Shown: positions 1 to 11,308 of the stretch, piece after piece
How the letters are laid out: each line of letters begins with the position of its first letter
Position numbering within the stretch: position 1 is the stretch's first letter
NCBI GenBank assembly: GCA_001179505.1
Contig: CDMY01000406.1
Location: 21,424-85,423 of the forward strand
Direction of reading: 5' to 3'
DNA from: Vitrella brassicaformis CCMP3155
Lineage: Eukaryota; Protista; Chromerida
Length of the DNA stretch: 64,000 nt
Notes under the pieces: model-generated
What the model was told of the DNA's origin: nothing
Database searches by the model: none
The model's input: the letters and a program-made list of their open reading frames with translations, nothing else
Position numbers and translations under genes: made by a program

Positions 1-384
1 AAATGCATCACACTGGACGCCGGGAGGTGTTGTCCAGCGGCCGCTGGGCCTCTTGAAGTGGATGTTTGGTGAAGTCCAGCCGGTGAAGTACAGGATGTGC
101 ATCTTTGCCACGCCCCGAGACGTCTGGTCGATGTCATACAGTAGATCTGAGGAAAGAAGGGAGTTGCGAAAGATTCCCAGCAGCTCCTGTTGCTGAGTGC
201 GGGTGACGATCTGTGAGCGGAGAGCGGCTCGCGTGGCATTGTCAGTCGACATGGCCATGCGGGCCATCTTGCTGATGGGCAAAGACATGTCAAAGAGGTC
301 GGCGGGCTGGAAGAGGGCATCGCTGGGGGGCTGCGACGAGGGCGCTGCACCAGTGGGCTGCATCAGTCGTGATTGTGGGGTCAT
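1..384 (-). CDS. 5' part of a CBM25/26-like starch-binding-repeat protein (runs off the window start)
   Basis: Reverse complement of 1-146 reads DLLYDIDQTSRGVAKMHILYFTGWTSPNIHFKRPSGRWTTPPGVQCDAF, with the Y.TGW..P.IH....W T.PG pattern of CBM25/26. Homologous to exons at 51.5 kb and 53.35 kb. Candidate ATG at 384; upstream exon structure uncertain. Confidence 0.6.
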   Translation of the reverse strand, partial: MTPQSRLMQPTGAAPSSQPPSDALFQPADLFDMSLPISKMARMAMSTDNATRAALRSQIVTRTQQQELLGIFRNSLLSSDLLYDIDQTSRGVAKMHILYFTGWTSPNIHFKRPSGRWTTPPGVQCDAF

Positions 385-553
385 GTGCGTGAGAGATCTG
401 CAGGCACACGAAGACACGAAAGAGCTTCTGTTTTTTGGCATTTCGATGCCACCTTTGCTTCTCTGAGTGCCATCTTACCCTCACTGAATCCGCTTCCGCT
501 CCGGCTCCTTTCGTATGAGGCTAAGCTTGCAATCCCTTCGGTTCCGTTTCGGG

Positions 554-568
554 GCTCGCATGCGAGCT
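554..568. promoter_or_regulatory. Perfect 14-bp palindrome GCTCGCATGCGAGC (554-567) in the divergent CBM/SBP spacer, overlapping the recurring AGCTCGCA motif
   Basis: Read directly from the sequence; the same 8-mer recurs upstream of several other genes. Confidence 0.4.
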
Positions 569-651
569 TGGGGGATTTGGGGCTTTGCATGCATTTCGCG
601 AAGCGTAGCGATCCCGCCAGCCCGACGGAGGAGGGAAATCCATATCGACTG

Positions 652-2198
652 ATGCCCCACAGCGGCGTCAAATCGCAGGATCTCGGCATCTCCATCCCTT
701 TGGTCCTCTTCCTCTGCCCCATCCTGCTGCTCTTTTCCCTCCCGCCCTCCTGCCTCACTGAGGCATTCACGTCCCTGCCGGTGGTGTCGGTCAACACGAG
801 CCTCTACTACCCCGCCGGCAACCGCTTGGCGTGTCTGGTCGACCGCAGCATCATGTTTGCCATGAATCGTGCGCTGACGGAGCTCAAGGCGGCCGAGGGC
901 AATCAGAATCTCATGGCCAGGTGGGCGGCGCCCGTCGAGGAGGGCGGGGCGGGAGAGACCAACTACCGGTGGGCGAAGATAAGATGGGCTTTGCTTTGTC
1001 TTCTCCTTTGTGTTCACTGCCATCTCTCCTCTGATTGCCCTCTGTGTGATTGTTTGTGTCAGGTTGGCAATCGATTGTGGTTTGGACACCGCCCAGTTCC
1101 CATGGCCGCCGGTGGTCAACGGCAGCAGGCTGCAAAAAGCGCTCGAGCGCAAGGTGATACGCATGCACTCACAGAAGGACACAAAGACAGAGAAACAAGA
1201 CGCTGCCTCTCGTTGTTCTGTTGCCCTTTGTTGTCAGTCGTTGAACTTGGCTTCCTTTGTGTTGCCGCAAGAGGAGGCGGAGCCCCCGGTAATTCGGACG
1301 GCCATCGACATCGCCCGGGCCGAGGCAGCGACCATTGGCCGGCACTACATCGGCGAGCCGCTGGGAATCGAAGTCATCAAGTACAGCTCGGCGGCAGAGA
1401 CACTCGCGGTGAGTGAGTGGGGGAGTGAGACACGGCAACTGTCGGTGTCTCACTGATGGCTGTCAGGAGTTGAACAGCGGCAATGTCGACCTGACATTGC
1501 CGTGGTTTGCCAAGGGCGGGCTGATCGGCGAGAGGACGTCCCCAAAGGGCATGATGGGGCGCACTGTGGCCTTCGACGTGGGCTGCGACGCCGCCATCAA
1601 CCAGTACATTGTGTCCGTGTCAAGACTCAAGAGTGAGGGACGCTTGCGCGTGTGTCGGTGCAATGATTCTCTCATATGTGTGTGTGTGTGTGTGTGTGTG
1701 TCTTGTGTCTGTGCAGCCTGGAAAACGTTTGACGACCTGCAGCAGGCAGGCGCAGAGCTCAAGATGGTCACCGCTTACTCAGGTGAGTGCATCACGTCTT
1801 AGTGGACAAGAATGTGCGTGTGTGTGTGTGTGTATTCCTCTCTCATGGCTGCAGGTCGGTACAGCATCTTGAGTGCCATATTCCCGTTGGCCGAGATCGT
1901 TTTCGACCCCCATGTCAACGAAAAGAGCGAATTTGTGGCCTTTCTGGCGGGCAATATCACAGGTCAGAGGCTATACAGTCTGTCCACACGAACATGCACA
2001 CGGTCCCATCCAGTCACCACGCCCCTCCCCTCTCTGTCTGTCTGTGTGTGTGCAGGTATTCTCGGTGACAAGTCGCGCATCCGCTCGACGACGGGCATCC
2101 CCTCGGGCTTCCTGGACCTGCTGTTCGAGGAGGTCAACACGGGCATACTCGTGCCCATCACGGCCTTCTACCCCGCACCCGGACACCTCTGCCCATGA
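652..2198 (+). CDS. Secreted family-3 (PBP2/SBP_bac_3-like) solute-binding protein, copy A, about 7 exons
   Basis: Hydrophobic signal-like N-terminus, then exons MNRALTELKAAEG..MARW / GSRLQKALERK / AIDIARAEAATIG / ELNSGNVDL / KTFDDLQ / LSAIFPLAEIV / GILGD..AFYPAPGHLCP*. GT-AG introns with TG tracts. Near-identical inverted copy at 49039-50561. Confidence 0.7.
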
Positions 2199-2272
2199 CA
2201 ATGGTCGTCGGTCACCACGGACACAGCCGAGGGGCCACCACACGGCAGCCGACGGAGCACTCACTGACTGAC

Positions 2273-4659
2273 TCATTGGGGTGCGAGCATGGCGAATTCG
2301 GCCATGAGGGGGAGGTGGTCGGATGGGAAGAGGGCAGAGGGGAGGGCCGTGTGCTGGCTGCACACAATAACACACACACACACACACGCACACAGACAGA
2401 CAGACAGTGGATAGATGGACCAGCTCTATTTGTCGGACATTGTGTGTGCATCCGTGTGTGTGTATCTGTGTGCGGCGTGGGGTGCTCACCTGAGTGCGTC
2501 CTCCTGTGGCAATTTGATGGCCTCGACGGCCACGAGGTCGGGCCCCTCGAAGAACAGATAGTCGAGACACCCTGAATGAAGACCATGCACATTTGTTACA
2601 CACGTGTCAAGCTTGACACCCTCCGGTGGGGCCACCGGTGCATATCGCTTACCTTTGAATGCCACCGTGTAATTGGTGAACTGAGGCTCTTGGCCGAACA
2701 CCTCTCTGTAAGCACTCCGATAGGGCTGCACTTGCAACGAAGGCACCGCCTGCATCGGGATCTTGTGCCGACGGGTCACCTGGTTGACCAACACAACACA
2801 TACAGCAGAGAAAGGCTCCGTCTGCTGCTGCTGCTGCATGAACCAGCCGAGTGACTCAAGTGGCTTACTCACCGGATGGTCGGGATGGTCCGCCCCCACC
2901 GTCCCCTGTGTCAGCAGCTGGTACACACCACTGTACAGCCGACCAACATCCTCCGCACTCTCGCTCTCCACAGCAACACCATCACCATCACCATCAGTCC
3001 GCCCTTTGTCTCCCTGCTGCTCGGTCGGCTCACTGCTGCCGGCGATTTCAGCTGGCGGGTCGGCGGCAGACCGTGTGGTGCGCATGGAGAAGCCCTGCAC
3101 GTGGAAGGGCGAAGGGGGCGTGGGGCTGCCCGGCCGGGCCACAGCCACAGACGGAGGGCTCGATGAGGGGGGATGGGTCTCGGGGACCTGTTAGTGGACA
3201 AAACGTAGATAGCTTCACACGGCATGTGTGTGTGCGTGTGTGCGGGAGGAGCTTACGGGAGGGTGTCTGAGCGACTGGTTGAGCGTGCGTGATCCGCTCT
3301 TGGCGGGCGCCTGATACCGGGCGGCGAGAGAGGGCAGCTCGGGGTCATACCGATCGGCGTGAACCTGATTGACGCACACACACACACACAGCAATGGGGC
3401 AGGGTGCCGCTGAATGCCTGTCTGTCGGTCGGTCTGTGTGTGTGTGTGTCGATTTGCCTTGTATGGGACCGAGTTGAAGTCGCCCGCCAGGATGCAACCG
3501 CCCTGCGGCTGCTTCTCGGGACTGCTCTTGGCGAACTCCTCGCAATACGCCGACACCTCCTGGTGGCTCGCACACACACGTTTGTCTGCCGGTGTGTCTG
3601 TCTGCCGGTGGTGTGAATTCGACCCATCTCCTACCTTTGCCAGGATGTAGGCCTGTAGGAGCTTGATGTCGGGGAAGAGAGGGTCCCAGAAGAGATGGGT
3701 CGACACCACGTGCACCACTGGACCGCTCTGAGTGATTTGATTCGACGCCCACAGAGAAAAAGACAGGGGCAGCATTCACTCACTTCCAGCCATATATCCG
3801 TTTGTGTGCGTGTATGTGTCTCACGGGCATGAGTGAGAAGGATGCGATGACGGCCATGTTGAGCTTCTCCTTCAGCTCACGCCACAGAGCCCACTGCACC
3901 TGGCAACACACAATGGAGTCACAACCACATGGAGGAATTGATGGATGGATGGATGGATGTGCTTGCCTTACATCTGTGCCGGTCATGTGCATGTGTTGGC
4001 TGAACCACTTGTCCAGCAGCGAATTGAACCGAAACGTCTGTGTCGACAACAGCCGGAATACCTCGGGCCTGCACAACCGCCCCAACACACACACACACAC
4101 ACACACGCACACACACACACGCACACACACACACACACACATGATGACACCGACGGACACACACAGAAAGAAGGAACGTACCTGTAGAAGATTGCGCACC
4201 CGTCCCCGCTCGGCAGCGTCGAGTTGAACATGTGCACCGCCTTACGGTATCCCCCCGCACCCAGAGAGGTCGACAGCTGGTCCAGTGACACCTGCTCAGC
4301 CTTCCAGACAGCCGACACACACATCACACACGCGCACACCTCTGCGTGTCTGTCTGCCTGTGTGTGACGGACCTCCTGCAGGCAGAGTATGTCGGGGTCA
4401 TGGTGCAGCAGCTCCTTCTCTATCCTGGACATCCGCACCGGAAACTTGAGGACACTCGGGGCGCAATAAAAGTACTTGGACGACCGCAGAGCGTCCAGCT
4501 GCACCGACCGATGAGAGAGTGAGAAATGACAGGCACATCACATGCCGACCCTCGCTGCGCTGTGTGTGTGCCATGTCATTGCGGGTGGCTGACCCGCCTC
4601 ACCCTGTGCATGATGTTGTAGGTGAGGACCCTGAACGTGCGGACCGTCCCAGCAGACAT
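2273..4659 (-). CDS. CCR4/nocturnin/angel-like endonuclease-exonuclease-phosphatase (EEP) family protein
   Basis: Motifs in order: FRVLTYNIM, DPDILCLQE, GDGCAIFYR, STHLFWDP, ILAGDFNSVP, FTNYT..FKGCLDYLF, FPSDHLPLMAEF followed by TGA (2273-2275). Confidence 0.9.
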
Positions 4660-4890
4660 CAGACAGACAAGCACATCCTCACCGCCCTCCCTCGCCCCGC
4701 TCCATCCGGTCGCTATGCAGCGATGAATCAATCAATCGACTAGGCGCGCTGAATGCATTGCAGCCCTGTCACAAACACCCCCGAGGGTCAGGCGTATCTG
4801 AGCGTTTCGTGTGACTGTCTTCTCTGCTCACTCACCTCGGCGTCGTTTTTGATTGACTCGGAAGCCAAACCGACAGACAGACAGCTGACT

Positions 4891-4987
4891 GATTCTTGCA
4901 AGATCTACGGATGCCAAACTATATAGATCACGAGAGGGCCGCAGCGCCTTAGTTGCATCTCCCGAGCTCGCAGCAAGCTCGCAGACG
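4891..4987. repeat. Direct-repeat element, copy 1 (partner at 6765-6847), in the CCR4/OMPDC divergent spacer
   Basis: Identical 17-bp core caagatctacggatgcc, then agatca(c)gagagggcc and agctcgcag, in both copies. Confidence 0.75.
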
Positions 4988-5112
4988 GGAAGAGGGAGCT
5001 CCGAATTACGTCTCATCTGCAGCCACAGCAGGTCAGCAAGAGTGGATGCTGCATAGATCTGCACATCGATCAATTGCAAGTGGCTGCAGCTGGTGATCGG
5101 GCCCGTCCGGTG

Positions 5113-6149
5113 ATGTCTGACTCGACGGCCTTCTTCCCCCGTCTGTGCGCCCGCATCCGTGCCGTCGACTCCATCCTCTGCATCGGCCTCGACCCGCATA
5201 CTTCCCTGCTCAACAAGACCACCTCTGCCGACTCTTCCTCCCTCCCCACCGCAGCCGACGTCGAGGCCTTCTGTGACGGCCTTATCGACGCCACCCTTGC
5301 CGTGGCCTGCTGCTACAAGCCCAACGTTGCTTTCTTCGAGGCTCTGGGCGGCCCCGGGCTGGAGCTGCTGGCCAAGCTGATCGCCAAGATACCAAAGGAC
5401 ATCCCTGTGTTGCTCGACTGCAAGCGGGGCGACATCGGCTCGACCGCTGCTGCCTATGCGACGGCCTCTTACCATCACCTGAAGGCCGATGCCGTCACCC
5501 TCAGCCCGTACATGGGCACCGACTCTATCGTGCCGTTTATAGAGGACGGCAGCAAGGCCGCCTTCGTCGTGTGCAAGAGCTCCAACCCTGGCTCCAACGA
5601 CCTGCAGGCACTGGCGATGAGTGACGGCAGGCCGCTCTACCTGCACGTGGCGAGGCTGTGTGAGCGGCTGGGTCGGACCCACGACAACAACGTGGGCCTG
5701 GTGGTGGGGGCGACTGACTGTGAAGCGTTGCGGAGGGTGCGGTCGGAGTGCCCTGATGTGTGGATACTGGCGCCGGGGATTGGCGCACAAGGAGGCGACC
5801 TCAAGGAGGCCCTCACAGCCGGTACCTAAGGACAGCACCTACCAATGCTTTCCTTCGTGTGTGTGCCATTGATACCGAGCCACCACTGTGTTTTGATGGG
5901 TGTGTACTGTATGTGTGTTGTGTGTGTCAGGACTTCGTCCGGACGGTCTGGGGATGATCATGCCCGTGTCACGAGCCATCTCACGAGCTGAGGTGGGGAC
6001 CAATCTCCCAACACGTGGCTGGCGCATCTGTGTGCATGGTATGTGCATGTGTATGTGTGTGTCAGGACATGCGCGGGGCAGCTGAAGAGTTGCGGCAGCA
6101 GATGAATGCAGTCAGAAGGGAAGTGGTCCATGGTGGAAGAATGGGCTGA
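5113..6149 (+). CDS. pyrF: Orotidine-5'-phosphate decarboxylase (PyrF subfamily 2, Plasmodium/bacterial type), 3 exons
   Basis: LCIGLDP, YKPNVAFFE, LLDCKRGDIGST (catalytic DxKxxD), DAVTLSPYMG, KSSNPGS, GLVVGAT, ILAPGIGAQGG. Final exons MIMPVSRAISRAE / DMRGAAEELRQQMN..*. Confidence 0.95.
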
Positions 6150-6764
6150 TTGATGATGTTAGCTGAGCTGAGCTGAGCTGCGTCTCCTTTCGGTGTGCTG
6201 AGATCGCTCTAGCAAGACAGATTGATCGATGGTCTCGTGCAGGCCAGGGAGGGGTGTGGGTTTGTGTGTTGCTGTGTTACCTACCTTTCCGCCTGGACAA
6301 GCGAGTCCACGTTGTCAGTCAGTGACGCAGGAACGAGTAATCGATTGCTTGATCGACATATGCAGGCAGAGTTGGTGCGCTGGCTGTGTGAGACTCGATG
6401 TTCACCACACACACAGAGTGTCCATTCTCACTCTCTGTGTGCAGTGACCCTCGAGCATCTCACAGACACACATGACACGGCTGACTGTGTGTTGACGATG
6501 TGTCCAAGGCAATGGCAATGCGCTCACCTCACACTCACAACTGAGCCCATCACTGCAGCGGCCCCATTGCAGTGATTTCACCTCCCGTCCGATCGCGAGC
6601 TGAAATCTGCAGCAGATCTGACGCCTTCCCTCTCTCTCTCTCTCTCTCCCTCCCTCCCTGTCCCCTCCCAAGTCATCTCCGTCGACGGGCAAAGCGCTCG
6701 TTGACCAACGACTCCTACGGACAGCCGATGCCGTTGGAGGCGATGGTCTTCGCCTGGCTGACCG

Positions 6765-6847
6765 GATTCTCACAAGATCTACGGATGCCGACTTACACAG
6801 ATCAGAGAGGGCCTCAGAAACAACTCATTGCATTCTGAAGCTCGCAG
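6765..6847. repeat. Direct-repeat element, copy 2, upstream of the 7.2-10.7 kb gene
   Basis: gattctcacaagatctacggatgccgacttacacagatcagagagggcc...aagctcgcag aligns to 4891-4987. Confidence 0.75.
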
Positions 6848-7199
6848 GGAGGCGTAGGGCAGGCGGCTCGTCAAAGCGACAGCCCACCGGACACGGAGGG
6901 GTCTCATTGCATTCCTTGCGCAACGCGAACAGAGACCAACGACTGAAAGATCACCGTTCCAGGCCTTTCATTCACCAGAGAGCAGTTGTCAGGGTCCTTC
7001 GACGAGTGTGCGTCGCACTGACATGACCGACGGGCTCATTCTTGTGGTACTGAACGCAAAGAGCCCACTTCTCTGCTTGTCAGGCACTGGTGGATGGATG
7101 GATAACTGTGTGCTTGTGTGTCTGTGCGTGTCTTTGTGTGTTTGTGTGTTTGCTTGTGTGACACCGCCAGGTGACAATCGTGTTTTTGGCGAAGGGTGC

Positions 7200-7903
7200 A
7201 TGGGTACTCCTGGAGACGGCCCTTATGAGTACCCGGGACAGCCACTGGCACGGCTCCCATCAGACATGAGCAGCAATGCACCGCTGGGGCTCTATGACGG
7301 TACGGATGGTACCTCACTCAGACACTCACTCCACACACTAACATTCGTCGCGTCTGTCCGGGTGCAGAGCTGACGAACGACCCATTCTTCCGAAAACAGG
7401 ATGAATCACAGGGTGAGCAAAGCATTCGAAGGAGCCGAAGCAGTGTGTCACTCCCGCATGTGGTGGTTGCTTGCGGCTGTGAATGTCAGGTATGGACTAC
7501 GGCGTCCCGCGGCTGCCGTCGCTGAGCATGACGCCCACACCTCGAGGCAGCGAAAACGGCGACAGTGACATGGGCATCGGCATCGGCAGCCAGGCAGGCG
7601 TGGGCGGCCAGCAGCAGCCCATGCAGATGGGCATGATGGCTGGTGGTGGTGGTGCAAACGGAGGGGCGGGGACGCAGATGATGATGCAGAGCGACGCCAT
7701 GACACAGCAGGCGGCCATGCAGGGGTGAGCAGAGATCAGATCAGATGGACGCTCACTCGAAGTCGGTTGGCCTCACTCTCTCTCTTTCTCCATGCTGCGT
7801 CTGTTTTGCTGGCAGTCTGCTGCAGTCGTCCTCCATGCCGCCCTCTCTGCTGCCCTACCACCACCAGCCGCCCATGTACCCATCACCATACGAGCAGCAC
7901 CGT

Positions 7904-7935
<32 letters not shown>

Positions 7936-10705
7936 GCCACTGTTCCACCCGCCCCCGCGGCCGTTGCCGCCACAGACGAGCGCATCTTTCCCCCTCCCCA
8001 ATCCACGGCCAAGCGCCACGAGGTCAGTGCAGGCAGGCATCTTGCTCCCTTGGTCAATGGACCGATCGACGTGTATGTGTCCGTGGCCATCAGGCCTCCG
8101 CTGCCCCCTTCGCGTGTGGCTGAGAGTCCTGTAGAGGATCGGAAGATGAGCCCACACCGCTTCACGCCCCTCTCGCCGGCCGTGTCGTCATCTTCACGCT
8201 CACAAGGTGAGTGTATGGGCTCTCTAGGTGTGTATATGGCCTTGTGTGTCTGCAGATGGCGAGGGCGGTCCGGGTGCCGGCGGCCGCAGCAGAGCCCACC
8301 ATGACCAGCCGCAAGAGCTGAGAAGAAAACAGGTGAGTGAGTGGACTCAACACATACACACATACACAAACACGTTTATCTGATTGATGATGTGTGTGCA
8401 GTCGCCCGAGCGTGCGGTGTCGCCTTTGATGGAGCACTGGAGCACCATGGCGAGCGGCGGCCAGGCGGCCAAGGGCGGGGCGTCCAAGGACAACTTCACC
8501 GCCATGATCGGCGACATGAAGACAGACGTCCAATACGGCGTGCGGCAAGGTCACATGAGATGAGATGGGACGAGAGAGACCGGCGGCAGAGAGCAATGCT
8601 GGTGCGTGTGTGTCTGTGTGTGTGTGGAGCAGGTATCATGTCTCAGGCGGCTGTCCCCAGCTCGTCTGTGAGTGGGATGGGCAGCAGCGACGACGACCCA
8701 GACGGCGAGGGGGGCATCAACAGCGTGGTATCAACACACACAACGCACACAAACCTACCTACGGCGCAGGCGCCCATATCGCATGTGCGCTTCCCTTCCC
8801 GCTCGTCAGGCGAACAAGATGCGCCACCTGTCGCTGTGCTCTGATTTCCTGACCGCTGCTGAGGCCGCCTTGGCGGCGGCACCGACAAGGGAGGAGGTGC
8901 GCGTCAAGGAGGTCCCTGACATTGAGCTGCCAAACGTGGAGGTGATCAACAGAAGAAACACCATCACGGCAGAGCGGCGAATGACCCCAATGTGTGTGTG
9001 TGCGGATGGATGTCAGGTGCATGTGGACACCGATCTCGATTCCGGGTCGGTGTTGCTGGTGCGGCCCGACGGCCAGACGTGCAATGAGGTCAGTGTGGCT
9101 CCCGGCTCGTTCGATCCGCTCTCGTCACATGTGTCTGTCTGTGTGTGTGGATGCCTCAGGTGGTACTGCAGGTGCGTCCGCCCGACCCTCTGACGATCGA
9201 CAAGTTCGTCTTCAGCGTCGTCATCGAGAGAAATGCTGGCGGGGAGAAGTCGCCCGCTGCGAGGAGGTGAGGTACACCACAACACCCACCACACCACACA
9301 CATGTGCCAGGGCCACACACTCGTTGATGCTCTGTGTGTGTGGGTGTGTGGTGTGCAGACACTCTGTGAGCCGGTCGCCCGAGCACACCGACTCCTCACC
9401 ACATGCAGTAAGACCACCACACACGTACAGCTATGCTGAGAGACCTTTCTGGGTATGTGGATGTGTGTGTGTGACCAATTTTGCAGTCGGGTCCTGACAT
9501 TCCGATGCAAGATGCTGCCATCGTCAAGAGGGAGAAGGAGGACGGCCTGCTCTCACCCAAGGTCAGTCGGCATTGCCAGAAACACACACACACACACGGC
9601 AGCTATAGCTTCTCTCTCTGTGTGTGTGTGTGTGTGTGTGTCAGAGTGCCAATATCAGTTTGTTTGGCCGCGAGACGGTGACGATATCTGTGCGGGCGTC
9701 AAGCGGACTCAAGAGCATGACCCCCAAGATACAATCGGTACACCACCACAGCACACGAGATGGCCAGCCATCCAGCCCTTTCTGTCTGTGGCTGGCCGCA
9801 TGGTGGCTGCAGGTGTACCTGGCCGATCAGCACAAGCACTGCGAATGCAAGCTGGACATTCAGGTACACACACCTGCATGGACTGCGCATTGATACTGGT
9901 CGGTCCATTTCTTTCTGTCTGTCTGTCTGTCTTTCTGTCTGTCTGTCTGTCTGTCTGTCTGCAGGACATTGTGCTGTACAACCGTGTGGGTTTCTTCAAA
10001 CCCACTGCCATGAAGCCCAAGCCACTGGTAAGTCAGTCAGTGGGCACGTCATATAGAGGTCAAATGCAACGCACATGGCTGGGCTGTGCTGTGTGTCGTG
10101 CAGCGTCACCAGTGGGCGTGGTATCGGAACGCATCGCTGCAGGACACTTACGAAAACAGAGAGCTGGAGCTCAAGGTAAGTTGCCGAATGCGCGACAAGA
10201 GACAAAGGGGAGGGCGCCCCCCCCCCAAACCAACCTGTGTGTGAGTGTCCATTTGTGTGTGTGTGCAGGAGTGCCGTGCGGCGCCTGAGGGCCGCAGCAC
10301 CCGATGGCGCACCGACAAATTCATCGCCGACTTCCTCGTAGTACACAGCCCACCACACAACACAACACGGGCGATGCCCATCTGCTCTCTCCCTCCCTCT
10401 GTGTGTGTGTGTGTGTGTGTGTGTCACTTCCGCAGTGCAATTTGTCAACAGCCCTTCAGGCGTCCTTCGAGCTGCTGCCGCTGTCAGAGGACTGCCAGCG
10501 GGGCGTCATCAAGGCCGTCCGGCTGCACCGGGCCGACGGCACGCCGGGCTTCTGCCGCATCGACGGCATCCTCAACTTCCGGACCAACACACAGTCGCAG
10601 CTGCGGGTGCAGGGCGGCGCGTGTGAGATCGCTCTACGGGGCTTCACGTGTGCGGCCACCCAGATTACGGCATCCGACAGGGTGCACCGGAAGAATATGG
10701 ACTGA
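7200..10705 (+). CDS. Hypothetical multi-exon protein with an M/G/Q/P-rich low-complexity N-terminus and an unrecognised globular C-terminal region
   Basis: Consistent GT-AG exons on + with TG-rich introns: MDYGVPRLPSL, polyQ, VKEVPDIELPNVE, CQYQFVWPRDGDD, DIVLYNRVGFFKP, FELLPLSEDCQRGVIKAVRLH..KNMD*. Start uncertain. Confidence 0.6.
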
Positions 10706-11308
10706 CTGTGTGATGAGCAGACGGACAGGCAGACAGACAGACAAACAGACGGGCGTGTGTCCGTGGGAGGCACCTGTGGTGTGGGTGTGTGGTGCGAGTA
10801 CAGGGCGGTCGTGGGGTGGGTGGGCAGGGCGGTTTTTTGAGCAAACGTGATTGAGACGACTGTATGCTCCAGTGAGTATTGTATTCTATTCTATTCTAGG
10901 AAGAGTTCTGTCGGCGATGGGATCTTGCATCGCATCATGTGAGAGATATTTACCTCAAGTCCGCATTCGGCTCATAGAGTGCGGGCTTTGGGTGGTTTTC
11001 TGCTGCATGAGGCATGAGCCCACGTCGGTCAGGAATGAATAACCTGATGATGAGCAATGGAATGCACAGAGTCAAACAAGTTTGATGATCTGATACCTTG
11101 TCGGACACACACCCACCCACACACCCGGTAGGTCCTCATCAGTGGGTCCTCATTTGACACACAAACACGAGCACCCAGCTGGATGGACAGACGACACATT
11201 TCTCATGTCACAGACAGACACCACGACCATCCATCCCACATCCACCCACTCAGACCAAAAAGCCTCTCACACGCGTACACACACACACGCATTTCACCCC
11301 CACGTCAA

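Noticed and set aside
373-1416. 347-aa ORF spanning the SBP 5' region
   Set aside because: It reads through introns and the spacer; only the part from ATG 652 to the first donor matches copy B.
6149-7200. OPRT fused to OMPDC (as in kinetoplastid or stramenopile bifunctional enzymes)
   Set aside because: OMPDC ends at TGA 6147-6149 and no PRPP-binding motif is visible downstream.
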